From: a virus
Taxonomy: Duplodnaviria; Caudoviricetes
Length of the DNA stretch: 31,078 bases
Virus record (IMG/VR): IMGVR_UViG_3300025635_000112
Coordinates: 1 to 31,078 of that record
Reading direction: 5' to 3' (one strand)
The position numbers and the translations under genes are program-made. Below are positions 1-7,770 of the stretch, one piece after another. The notes under the pieces were generated by a model. The model did not search any database, had not been told where the DNA came from, and worked only from the letters and a program-made list of their open reading frames with translations. Positions within the stretch are counted from its first letter, which is position 1. Each line of letters begins with the position of its first letter.

Positions 1-327
1 GCAGGCTCCGAAGCCGCCTTTACCTACATAGCTGTAGGAACTGGTACCAACGCCGCTAACGCCTCCGATACCACCTTGCAGACCGAGCTTGCAACTTCCG
101 GGTTGTCTCGCGCGGCAGCTACCGCTTCCCGTGTTACCACTGACCAAACCAACGACACGGCGCAGTTGGTCTTAACCTACACCGTTACTGGTACCGCAGC
201 AGTTACCGAGTCCGGCGTATTCAACGCCAGCTCGTCCGGTGTACTGCTCTGCCGTCAAACCTTTTCCGCTATAAACGTGGTAAACGGAGACAGCTTGCAG
301 GTAACGTGGAAAATCGACGTAGATTGA
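1..327 (+). CDS. 5'-truncated small virion structural protein, tail-collar-fibre (DUF3751)-like
   Basis: Frame is open from base 1 (AGSEAAFTYIAVGTGTNAANASDTTLQTEL...ESGVFNASSSGVLLCR...LQVTWKIDVD). Same motif order as ORF 11190-11762. Confidence 0.65.
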   Translation, partial: AGSEAAFTYIAVGTGTNAANASDTTLQTELATSGLSRAAATASRVTTDQTNDTAQLVLTYTVTGTAAVTESGVFNASSSGVLLCRQTFSAINVVNGDSLQVTWKIDVD

Positions 328-336
328 TGTTGATTA

Positions 337-365
337 TTGACTAATGCGTTTTGGTAGGGTATCAT
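337..365 (+). promoter_or_regulatory. sigma70-type promoter, probably leaderless transcript
   Basis: TTGACT (337-342) N17 TATCAT (360-365); ATG at 372 lies 7 nt after the -10. Confidence 0.6.
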
Positions 366-371
366 GGAAGC

Positions 372-743
372 ATGAGAACTCCTACAAAAAAGTGTAAAGT
401 CTGTAGTCAAACATTCTCTAATCTTCGTCTAAACAAACTTGGTCAAAGAATACGAAAGTTTACTAAGTCTAAGTGGAGAAAGGCGAAGTTCTGTTCCTCT
501 AAATGCTATTGGGAAGACATGAAGGGAAAACCAGGTGTAAGAAAGGGAACGGGTAAAAGCGAGAACTATTCAGCAATCCACAAGTGGGTAGTCGTTGAAA
601 AGGGATTTGCTAGAGATAATAGATGTTCGTTCTGTGGCAAGCAAGCAAAAGAGTGGGCAAATATAGACTGGCAATATCGTCGAAGATTAAATGACTATAT
701 TCCTTTATGCCTAATTTGCCACCGACGGTACGACAAAAGATAA
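372..743 (+). CDS. HNH-like (His-Me finger) homing endonuclease with N-terminal Cys cluster
   Basis: YSAIHKWV...CSFCG...EWAN...Y...LCLICHRRYD pattern; N-terminal CKVC...FCSSKC. Start moved to ATG 372. Confidence 0.75.
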   Translation: MRTPTKKCKVCSQTFSNLRLNKLGQRIRKFTKSKWRKAKFCSSKCYWEDMKGKPGVRKGTGKSENYSAIHKWVVVEKGFARDNRCSFCGKQAKEWANIDWQYRRRLNDYIPLCLICHRRYDKR

Positions 744-757
744 TTGGGGCAAACTTA

Positions 758-792
758 AAAACCCCTTGCCTCATTTTGGGGTGAGGGGTTTT
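758..792 (+). terminator. intrinsic terminator-like hairpin
   Basis: AAAACCCCTTGCCTCA-TTT-TGGGGTGAGGGGTTTT, 16-bp stem with three G-U pairs, AT-rich tail. Confidence 0.7.
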
Positions 793-805
793 AATTTATA
801 TAACT

Positions 806-2377
806 ATGGCGCAGCAAATTATCGACCAACAAAACTTAACGGGCGGTGTGGGTATCGGATTTGGGGATACTGGCAGTGGCCGCGATTATCTCATGCAGGG
901 GTTTATTGCCAAGCTCTCGACTATAGACGCCGTAGCTTTCCAGCTTAACAGTGTCGGCTCGGCTGGCATGAAAGTATGGATAGACAATGCTGACGCTAGC
1001 TTTTTCCCGACTGGGACGGTGGGAGTTGGTATTGGCGGTGCGGTTGAAATCGCAAACGGCACCCTGTCTACGAGCCTTAAAAAGTACAGCCTCGGCTCTG
1101 CCGTTACCCTGGTCCCGGGCAACCGCTATGTTATTTGCATGGCGCCATGGAATACAAGCACTCATGTTTTCCAGTCTGACTATAGGGACGTAAACTCAAG
1201 CACTGCTAACCCTTACGGCAATGGTCGACGTGTTCACGGCGATACCGCTTTTACCACGTTTGTTGCGCCTGACGCTGGCAACGCTGATATTGTGTTTGCG
1301 ACTTATGGCACAGTAGAGGTTACTAGATTTTATTTCCAAAATGCGGCTGCCCCATACTCTCCGGCAACCAAACGTGGCTCTTGGGACGACACAGCGAGCT
1401 TTGTAGATAAAAAGATAGACGTTACCAAGTCGGGGGCTAACGCTACCATTGGAGTAGCGGAAACCACGGCAACAAATAACTGGGACGTATTGCTTGCGCG
1501 TTTCGTTTCTCCTCCTCTCGGCAGTGCAAAAACCATAACCGGCGTACTCAACTTAATGCTTGGAGTTTTGGAAAGCGACGCGGCGATGAACGCGTTTACC
1601 CACATTCACGGTTTCGTTACAGCAGGAGACACCGACACCGTTCGAGGTACTTTCCTTACTAACAAAATTGCGGTAGGTGAATGGCCGACGACTGCAACAG
1701 CGCAGTTGCGAAGCTGGGATTTGACCGACGTGAGCGCACAGGCCGGAGACAGAATCGTTATTGAAATAGGATACCAAGCGCAGAACACCGGCACGTCTTC
1801 CTATACTGGCACGATAGACTACGGCGGCACTGGCTCTGACTTAACCGACGGAAGCACTAGCACTTCGACGCTTACGGGTTTTGTAGACTTTATTGTTACC
1901 AACTTGTTTGGCGTAGCGTATACAACAACTTTGACCGAAACCACTACGCTTGTGGACACTGTAATTAAATCACCGGCACGCACTCTGACTGACGTAGTAA
2001 CTTTGGTAGACAGCAGAATACGAAGCGTTGCCCGTACTCTAAGCGATACAACAACGCTGGTGGATACGGTACTCAAGCAAGGCAGTAAGGTTTTAAGCGA
2101 TACGACTACATTAGTCGATACCGTCGTAAAATCCACGAGCCGAACTTTGAGCGACGCACTCACTCTTGCCGACACAGTTTTAAAATCCGCAGGGCGCACA
2201 CTGACCGATACGGTTACTCTGGTAGATACTTTTATAAGAGACCTCGCAAAAACTCTATCTGAAACCGTAACGCTAACTGACATACTCACTAGCGTTTACT
2301 CTGGTGTTGCTCGGGTGAAACGGCTCATGCTCAAAACTAACCGGCCGGATAAGAGCGTATTAAAATCTAAAAAATAG
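806..2377 (+). CDS. putative virion fibre/appendage protein: beta-rich N-terminal domains plus seven 18-aa repeats
   Basis: 523 aa, Thr/Gly-rich; C-terminal RTLSDTVTLVDTVLKSAG-type repeats; structural gene context. Confidence 0.65.
   Translation: MAQQIIDQQNLTGGVGIGFGDTGSGRDYLMQGFIAKLSTIDAVAFQLNSVGSAGMKVWIDNADASFFPTGTVGVGIGGAVEIANGTLSTSLKKYSLGSAVTLVPGNRYVICMAPWNTSTHVFQSDYRDVNSSTANPYGNGRRVHGDTAFTTFVAPDAGNADIVFATYGTVEVTRFYFQNAAAPYSPATKRGSWDDTASFVDKKIDVTKSGANATIGVAETTATNNWDVLLARFVSPPLGSAKTITGVLNLMLGVLESDAAMNAFTHIHGFVTAGDTDTVRGTFLTNKIAVGEWPTTATAQLRSWDLTDVSAQAGDRIVIEIGYQAQNTGTSSYTGTIDYGGTGSDLTDGSTSTSTLTGFVDFIVTNLFGVAYTTTLTETTTLVDTVIKSPARTLTDVVTLVDSRIRSVARTLSDTTTLVDTVLKQGSKVLSDTTTLVDTVVKSTSRTLSDALTLADTVLKSAGRTLTDTVTLVDTFIRDLAKTLSETVTLTDILTSVYSGVARVKRLMLKTNRPDKSVLKSKK
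1925..2302 (+). repeat. 7 x 54-bp degenerate coding tandem repeat
   Basis: TTLTETTTLVDTVIKSPA / RTLTDVVTLVDSRIRSVA / ... / KTLSETVTLTDILTSVYS. Confidence 0.9.
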
Positions 2378-2380
2378 TTT

Positions 2381-4036
2381 ATGGCTATAGCTTTCGACGC
2401 TAGTACTGCTAATTGGCAAAGCGTAAACCCCGGCACCAGTGTCTCTAATTCCATTACTATAGGCTCTGGTAGCAACAGGGTGCTTTTTGCACTTACCTTT
2501 ACCGACGCAATTAATCCTACTGTTACATTCGGTGGGGTTTCGATGACCAAGGTTAAACAAATCTCCATTGGCGCAAGGTATCTAACTCTTTGGGGTTTGC
2601 TTAATCCTGCCACCGGAGCTGCTAATATTGTCGTTTCCTCATCTAGCAGCCTATTGCAAGTAGCCGGAGTTTCTTACAGCGGTATGGTGCAAAATCTTAC
2701 CCCTGACGCAGAGGGAACCGCTACGGTGGTGTCGGATACAAGCATAACCGTTTCCTGTACTACCGTAGCAGGTAATTGTTGGCTTATAGGGGGTTGCCGT
2801 TTTGGGGCAGCTACCATAGGAGCAGGTACAGGGACAACAAAAAGGAACGATGATACTTTCAAGGGTATGTTCGATAGTAATGGTCCGAAGGCTCCGGCTG
2901 GTAGTTATTCTTTAGTAATGACTAAATCCGGTGGGGCTGGGTCGGCAGACGCTTTGGTAGTCTCTTATGCGCCAGCAGCCACAACCTCAACCCTCCTTGA
3001 GACCATGACCCTAGTAGACACCATTATTAGGGCTCCTAGCAGAGTTTTAAGCGATACTCTTACGCTCGCTGACACGGTGCTTAAACAGGCAGGTAGGACG
3101 TTAAGCGACTCTTTGGCGCTAGTCGACAGCATAGTAAAGTCCACGGCGCGCACTCTTACGGAAGTTGTTAAAATCATGTGTCCTAACCTGCTAACCAATT
3201 CTTCGTTTGAGTACACCGTTGCAGGAAACGGTAATATCCCGGCAGGTTGGACGGCTTACAATACTTCTGGCTCGCAGACGTATAAAGGCAACAGCACTGA
3301 AAACCCGGCTAGTGGTAGCCAAAGTTTTAAAATCTCCGCTTCATCTAATGGCGATACTGGTATAAAGCAACGGGTATTCTTAACAGCCGGTCAATCCGTA
3401 ACTCTCTCGGCTCGGGTAAGGACAGACGCCAGCGTTGCAAACGCTAACTTAACCTTAGCCGATGAGTTTGGGGGAGCAGGCGGAACGACTACGAATGTTA
3501 CAGCAAATCAAAATGGTCGGTTTTCCGTAAGCAAAACCGTACCTATCACTGGCGAGGTTACAGTATTTCTTGGTCTAGGCTCTTTTGGCGCAGCGTCCAG
3601 TGGCTCGGTATGGTTTGATGACATACAACTTGAGGTAGGAGCCGAAACTACCTACTGTGCAGGCAGTCTAACTTTACTTACGAGCAAGGTATTTTCCGAG
3701 GCAGTGGCGCTGGTTGACTCTAAACTTGTATCTACGGCGAGAACCCTAAGCGATGTTATTACGCTCGCCGACACAGTTTTAAAATCCGCAGGGCGCACGC
3801 TCTCCGACGCAGTTACCTTAGTTGATACATTTGTTCGAGCCATGAGCAGGACGCTTTCGGATACGGTATCCCTAGTCGATACATTTATTCGCGACGCTTA
3901 CAAAACGCTCACAGAAACCATAACCTTAAATGACATTTTAACTACCGTATACTCGGGAGTTGCCCGTATCGGCAATATAATTTTGCGTACTAAAAAGGAG
4001 CCGAAATCGACTCTGCCAACTAACAAGAAAGATTAA
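2381..4036 (+). CDS. second repeat-bearing fibre/appendage protein with inserted CBM4/9-like carbohydrate-binding domain
   Basis: 551 aa; same 18-aa repeat; NLLTNSSFE...PAGW...VTLSARVR...VWFDDIQLEVG jelly-roll signature; shares the VYSGVAR C-terminal motif with 806-2377. Confidence 0.7.
   Translation: MAIAFDASTANWQSVNPGTSVSNSITIGSGSNRVLFALTFTDAINPTVTFGGVSMTKVKQISIGARYLTLWGLLNPATGAANIVVSSSSSLLQVAGVSYSGMVQNLTPDAEGTATVVSDTSITVSCTTVAGNCWLIGGCRFGAATIGAGTGTTKRNDDTFKGMFDSNGPKAPAGSYSLVMTKSGGAGSADALVVSYAPAATTSTLLETMTLVDTIIRAPSRVLSDTLTLADTVLKQAGRTLSDSLALVDSIVKSTARTLTEVVKIMCPNLLTNSSFEYTVAGNGNIPAGWTAYNTSGSQTYKGNSTENPASGSQSFKISASSNGDTGIKQRVFLTAGQSVTLSARVRTDASVANANLTLADEFGGAGGTTTNVTANQNGRFSVSKTVPITGEVTVFLGLGSFGAASSGSVWFDDIQLEVGAETTYCAGSLTLLTSKVFSEAVALVDSKLVSTARTLSDVITLADTVLKSAGRTLSDAVTLVDTFVRAMSRTLSDTVSLVDTFIRDAYKTLTETITLNDILTTVYSGVARIGNIILRTKKEPKSTLPTNKKD
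2987..3955 (+). repeat. nine 18-aa repeats, the fourth interrupted by a 160-aa domain (3179-3658)
   Basis: Three units at 2987-3148, one split unit, five units at 3686-3955. Confidence 0.85.
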
Positions 4037-4040
4037 ATTG

Positions 4041-4049
4041 TGGTAAAAT
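4041..4049 (+). promoter_or_regulatory. extended -10 promoter
   Basis: TGGTAAAAT 28 nt before ATG 4069; same architecture as 13349-13357. Confidence 0.45.
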
Positions 4050-4068
4050 AGTAATAACAACAAACCCT

Positions 4069-4977
4069 ATGCGAGTACTCCAAGCCCCAACAGAAGACTT
4101 TATAAAGCAAGAGCGTACAACCCTTGCCGCTGACGCGACGGCTGGTAGCAATATTACGCTCACGCTTGAGAATAACGACGGCATGGCCAACGAAACTTTT
4201 ATCGTTATCGGCCGTGAGGGCTCGGAGCAAGCCGAGCTTTGCCAGATAAACCAAGCGGTTAGTGCCGGGCAGTCTGTGCGCGTGGCAACTCTTTTGTTTA
4301 ATCACAAAAAAGGCGAGCCCGTTACCGTCTATCGTTATAACAAGCGCAAGTTCTATGGAGCCACCGAAGCAGGCGGAAGCTATACGGAATTAACGAGCGA
4401 CGGCTCGCCTAAAACTATTCAAGTCGACGACCCACAAGGCACGATACTTGAGTACAGCGGAAATACTTACACCTACTTTAAGGCGACTTATTACAACAGC
4501 ACTACGCTTACCGAAACCTCTCGAGACGACGCAGACGAAGTGCTAGCAGACGAAAGCGCTCGCTATGCTACTATCTACGGAATCAGAAAGAAAGCCGGTT
4601 TGACCGAGAACCCGTATTTGAGCGACGGACGTGTGGAAGATAAACGCAAGCAGGCAGAAAACGAAATCAACTCTACCTTAATTACCCGGTACACTTTACC
4701 GCTGGACGAAGTACCTCCACTCATAACCCTCATTTGTGAGTTACTAGCCGCTGGCTATTTGCTCTACGAGGAGTTTGGCGCAGACGGCGACGGCGTAAAG
4801 TTTTTAGGCGAAGCTCGGGGAATCCTTAAGGCAATCCAGCGCGGAGACCAGAGACTTATAGGCACGGACAGCACAGAGCTTGCCGTCGTTACCAGTACGA
4901 ATGTTTTGCGCGGAAAACCGGACGGAAGCGAAGAAGGCGACGAGGTACGCAAGTTTACCATTGACCAGAAGTTTTAA
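4069..4977 (+). CDS. head-tail adaptor, Mu gp36/DUF1320-like C-terminal domain with N-terminal beta extension
   Basis: YATI...AENEINSTLITRYTLPLDEVPPLITLICELLAAGYL...ARGILKAIQRG pattern; position. Confidence 0.7.
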   Translation: MRVLQAPTEDFIKQERTTLAADATAGSNITLTLENNDGMANETFIVIGREGSEQAELCQINQAVSAGQSVRVATLLFNHKKGEPVTVYRYNKRKFYGATEAGGSYTELTSDGSPKTIQVDDPQGTILEYSGNTYTYFKATYYNSTTLTETSRDDADEVLADESARYATIYGIRKKAGLTENPYLSDGRVEDKRKQAENEINSTLITRYTLPLDEVPPLITLICELLAAGYLLYEEFGADGDGVKFLGEARGILKAIQRGDQRLIGTDSTELAVVTSTNVLRGKPDGSEEGDEVRKFTIDQKF

Positions 4978-4980
4978 ACC

Positions 4981-5439
4981 ATGTTGCAACTACAATGGAC
5001 AATCGAAGGGCAAACGCAGTTGTCCCGTGTGTTGCGGAATATCGGCAGTGAAATAAAAGACTGGACACCGGCATTTAGCGACGCGGCGAAAGATTTGGTC
5101 AAAGTTTTTTCCAACGATGTATTTACTACCAGAGGCGCAGCAATAGGTGAATCTTGGGCGCCATTACGACCTCGCTACCTCGCACAGAAAACCCGAGCAG
5201 GTTTCCCAAGCGACCCACTTGTTAAGACCGGCGCAATGCAGAAATCGTTTAAGTCGATGTTCAAAGCTGACTACGCCGAAGTTTGGAACTCTGCCGTTTA
5301 TTTCAAATACCACCAGTCGAAGGAAGCACGCAAAGTATTGCCACGGCGCGTAATGATGAAGCTCGGGGAAAATCAAAAGCAGACGATAGTTAAAATATTC
5401 CATTCCTACTGGCAGAAAAAAATAAAATCCTCAACGTAA
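4981..5439 (+). CDS. virion morphogenesis / tail completion protein (Mu gpG, P2 gpS-like)
   Basis: WAPLRPRY...PLVKTGAMQKS...YFKYHQ...LPRR motif series. Confidence 0.75.
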   Translation: MLQLQWTIEGQTQLSRVLRNIGSEIKDWTPAFSDAAKDLVKVFSNDVFTTRGAAIGESWAPLRPRYLAQKTRAGFPSDPLVKTGAMQKSFKSMFKADYAEVWNSAVYFKYHQSKEARKVLPRRVMMKLGENQKQTIVKIFHSYWQKKIKSST

Positions 5440-5440
5440 T

Positions 5441-5944
5441 ATGCAACCCTACAGCGACCCAATAATTAGGAAATACCAACAGCTCATAACCGAGACCATG
5501 GAAGGCGTCTTTAGAGGCGTATATCAAGGCGACCCGGTACGCGTGCCGAAAAGCATGTTACCGGCTTTGATTATTTCCAAGAGCATGACGCAGGTAGGCA
5601 AGCTCACCAATACGGAAGACGAGCAAGGGCAGCAACTCATACTTACGGTTATTACCGACATTCGAGACGAGGTAAACGACGACACGCAAATCGCCCCCGG
5701 AATAGCCCAACTTTATGATATAATTGAGGGTAGAGAAGAAGATACTTACAAACTGAAATCAAATTGCATTTTAAATATTCTACGTTCTAACGAGCTCGTT
5801 GACGCCGCCCACGACCTCCGCACCGACCTAGGTACTATTACCAAGGCCGACTATGGACTAACCATAGGGAAGCGTGATAGAGAGGCCTATGCGGTCGAGG
5901 GGCAAGTCGAGTTCGTAGCGTACTTTACTCAACTAAGAAGCTAA
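5441..5944 (+). CDS. putative tail terminator
   Basis: 167 aa, VYQGDP..VP...LPALII pattern, located just before the tail tube gene. Confidence 0.55.
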   Translation: MQPYSDPIIRKYQQLITETMEGVFRGVYQGDPVRVPKSMLPALIISKSMTQVGKLTNTEDEQGQQLILTVITDIRDEVNDDTQIAPGIAQLYDIIEGREEDTYKLKSNCILNILRSNELVDAAHDLRTDLGTITKADYGLTIGKRDREAYAVEGQVEFVAYFTQLRS

Positions 5945-5955
5945 CTAGACAACCT

Positions 5956-6135
5956 ATGAAAGTAACCAGTACAAAATCTATTACTTTCCCGAAACTCGGC
6001 TGGTCAATCAGTGAAGGCGAAACCAAGGACTTGCCCGAAGATACGGAAACTCACGCGCAAATATTTGCGTGGCCGGAAATTACCCCCGTCGAAGGTAATA
6101 AAACAGAAAGCAAAACTAATTCTAAGGACAAATAA
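5956..6135 (+). CDS. small hypothetical protein, 59 aa (absent from ORF track)
   Basis: MKVTSTKSITFPKLGWSISEGETKDLPED...; AACCTATG start; fills the gap exactly. Confidence 0.7.
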   Translation: MKVTSTKSITFPKLGWSISEGETKDLPEDTETHAQIFAWPEITPVEGNKTESKTNSKDK

Positions 6136-6138
6136 TAT

Positions 6139-7143
6139 ATGGCCAAAACAGGCGGAACTCAAGTTAACGTAGGTCTTGGTATTGAGAGCTACGCAGCCCC
6201 CGGGGTAGCGGTCGCAGAGACCGTGTTTATTCCATGGGCTGATTTTTCAATACAGGGTGTTTCAGAAAAGGCGCACTTCACCTCGGCACGCGGTATTCGC
6301 AATATGTCGTCCAACTCGATGATACGGCGCAGGTATTCGCAAGGCTCAATCGGATTTGTGCCGAATGTAAAAAACTTCCCTTACTTCCTATCGCTGGCTA
6401 TGGGTGGCGTTTCTTCCTCGGGCGTGTCCGACTCCGCATACACTCATACCTTTACAATCAATAACACCAACGCAACCCCTCGCACCGCAACCGTTACCGT
6501 AGAGGAAGGCGGAATACAAACCGTGCAGTACCTTAATATGGTTTGTAACTCTCTAAACTTTGAAGTGAGCGACAGCTATGCTAAGGCCACCGCCGAGCTT
6601 ATTGGTGGTTTTGTAGGAACTGATACAATCTCCGAAAGCTATGCAAATGAAACCGAGTTTGCATACCACCAAATGACCGCAAAGTTTGGTACTTCTCTTT
6701 CTAACGCCGCTGGCAACTCGGCAACTCCGTTAAAAGGATTTACCCTCAATATCAACAACAACGTCTTGCTCGATGAAGCATTTTTGTCTGGCGCCAACAC
6801 TATCACCGCAGGCAACCTTATCCCGGGCAGAGTAGAAATTACCGGCTCGTACTCCTTGCACTTCGCAGACACTACCGAGCTTGCTAAATACCAAGCCAAC
6901 ACAAAGAACGCCCTCATTGTTACCTTTGAAGGCAGCTTAATCGGTAGCACCTCGAAAGAGACCATACAGTTTAAAATCGGTCGCTTAGTCCTGACCAAGC
7001 CACCAGTCGAATACAATATCGACGGCCTACTCGTACTTACCCAAGAGTTCACCGTAGAGTACGACGCTACTGACGTAGAACTTACCGCTATTGTTATAAA
7101 CAACGTCAACAGCGCTTCGACTCGCGTATACGATAAAGCCTAG
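6139..7143 (+). CDS. major tail tube protein
   Basis: 334 aa; VGLGIES..G.AV start, YTHTFT, EITGSYSL; precedes chaperone and tape measure. Confidence 0.8.
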   Translation: MAKTGGTQVNVGLGIESYAAPGVAVAETVFIPWADFSIQGVSEKAHFTSARGIRNMSSNSMIRRRYSQGSIGFVPNVKNFPYFLSLAMGGVSSSGVSDSAYTHTFTINNTNATPRTATVTVEEGGIQTVQYLNMVCNSLNFEVSDSYAKATAELIGGFVGTDTISESYANETEFAYHQMTAKFGTSLSNAAGNSATPLKGFTLNINNNVLLDEAFLSGANTITAGNLIPGRVEITGSYSLHFADTTELAKYQANTKNALIVTFEGSLIGSTSKETIQFKIGRLVLTKPPVEYNIDGLLVLTQEFTVEYDATDVELTAIVINNVNSASTRVYDKA

Positions 7144-7191
7144 TACTAACTAAGTACTAAAAACTACTAAACTAGTAATTAACAAAAAACT

Positions 7192-7578
7192 ATGAGCGAA
7201 AGAGCAACAAGAGAAGTTAAAATAACTGGTGAGCATACCCTTGTCTTGCACGACTATATTACTGGTCGAGACAAGAGAGAAATCGAGGGCGTATTCCTAA
7301 AAGATGTTTCCATGCGTCGGTCTGCCAATGCTTCGGACTTAAAGAACAAGGACGCTGGAAGTGTCGAAATGGTAGGCATGAAAGGCACTACTCAATTTGA
7401 GGCAGAGAACAAGGCGCTTGAGTTAGTGGTTAAGGAAATAAAGACGAGCGACGGCGCAATTATTACAGACAGAAAACAGGTTGTGGACTTCATACTCGAT
7501 TTACCCGTAGAGGCTTACGAGGAAGTTATTAAGGCGGTAAACGAGATAACCGAACCAAAAAAAGCCGAGACGACCTAG
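7192..7578 (+). CDS. tail assembly chaperone (lambda gpG-equivalent)
   Basis: 128 aa between tail tube and tape measure; ends at a slippery A7 run. Confidence 0.75.
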   Translation: MSERATREVKITGEHTLVLHDYITGRDKREIEGVFLKDVSMRRSANASDLKNKDAGSVEMVGMKGTTQFEAENKALELVVKEIKTSDGAIITDRKQVVDFILDLPVEAYEEVIKAVNEITEPKKAETT

Positions 7579-7763
7579 TACAATACGCGACTACTGGTCG
7601 TCTTGGCGGAGACCTCATTATTGCCGAGGTGTGTCGCGTGTATGGTTGGGACTACTACACCTATATGAATCAACCTACTTGGTTTGTCGAGCTCATTATC
7701 GAAAGAATGAGAATAGACGCAAAGAAACAAGAAGCCGAGGCAAAAGCGCAACGGCGTAACTAA
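7192..7763 (+). CDS. -1 frameshifted tail assembly chaperone (gpGT-equivalent, ~190 aa)
   Basis: A-AAA-AAA at 7557-7563; -1 frame reads SRDDLVQ...EVCRVYGWDYYTYMNQPTWFVELIIERM... to TAA 7761-7763. Confidence 0.8.
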
Positions 7764-7770
7764 AAAACCT

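Noticed and set aside
1819-2289. Minus-strand ORFs here and elsewhere (e.g. 6639-7109, 8721-9239, 11097-11777, 29425-30051)
   Set aside because: Antisense shadows of well-supported + strand genes with no recognisable motifs.
806-4036. Diversity-generating retroelement TR/VR pair
   Set aside because: No reverse transcriptase in the window; repeat differences are not adenine-specific and both copies are coding.
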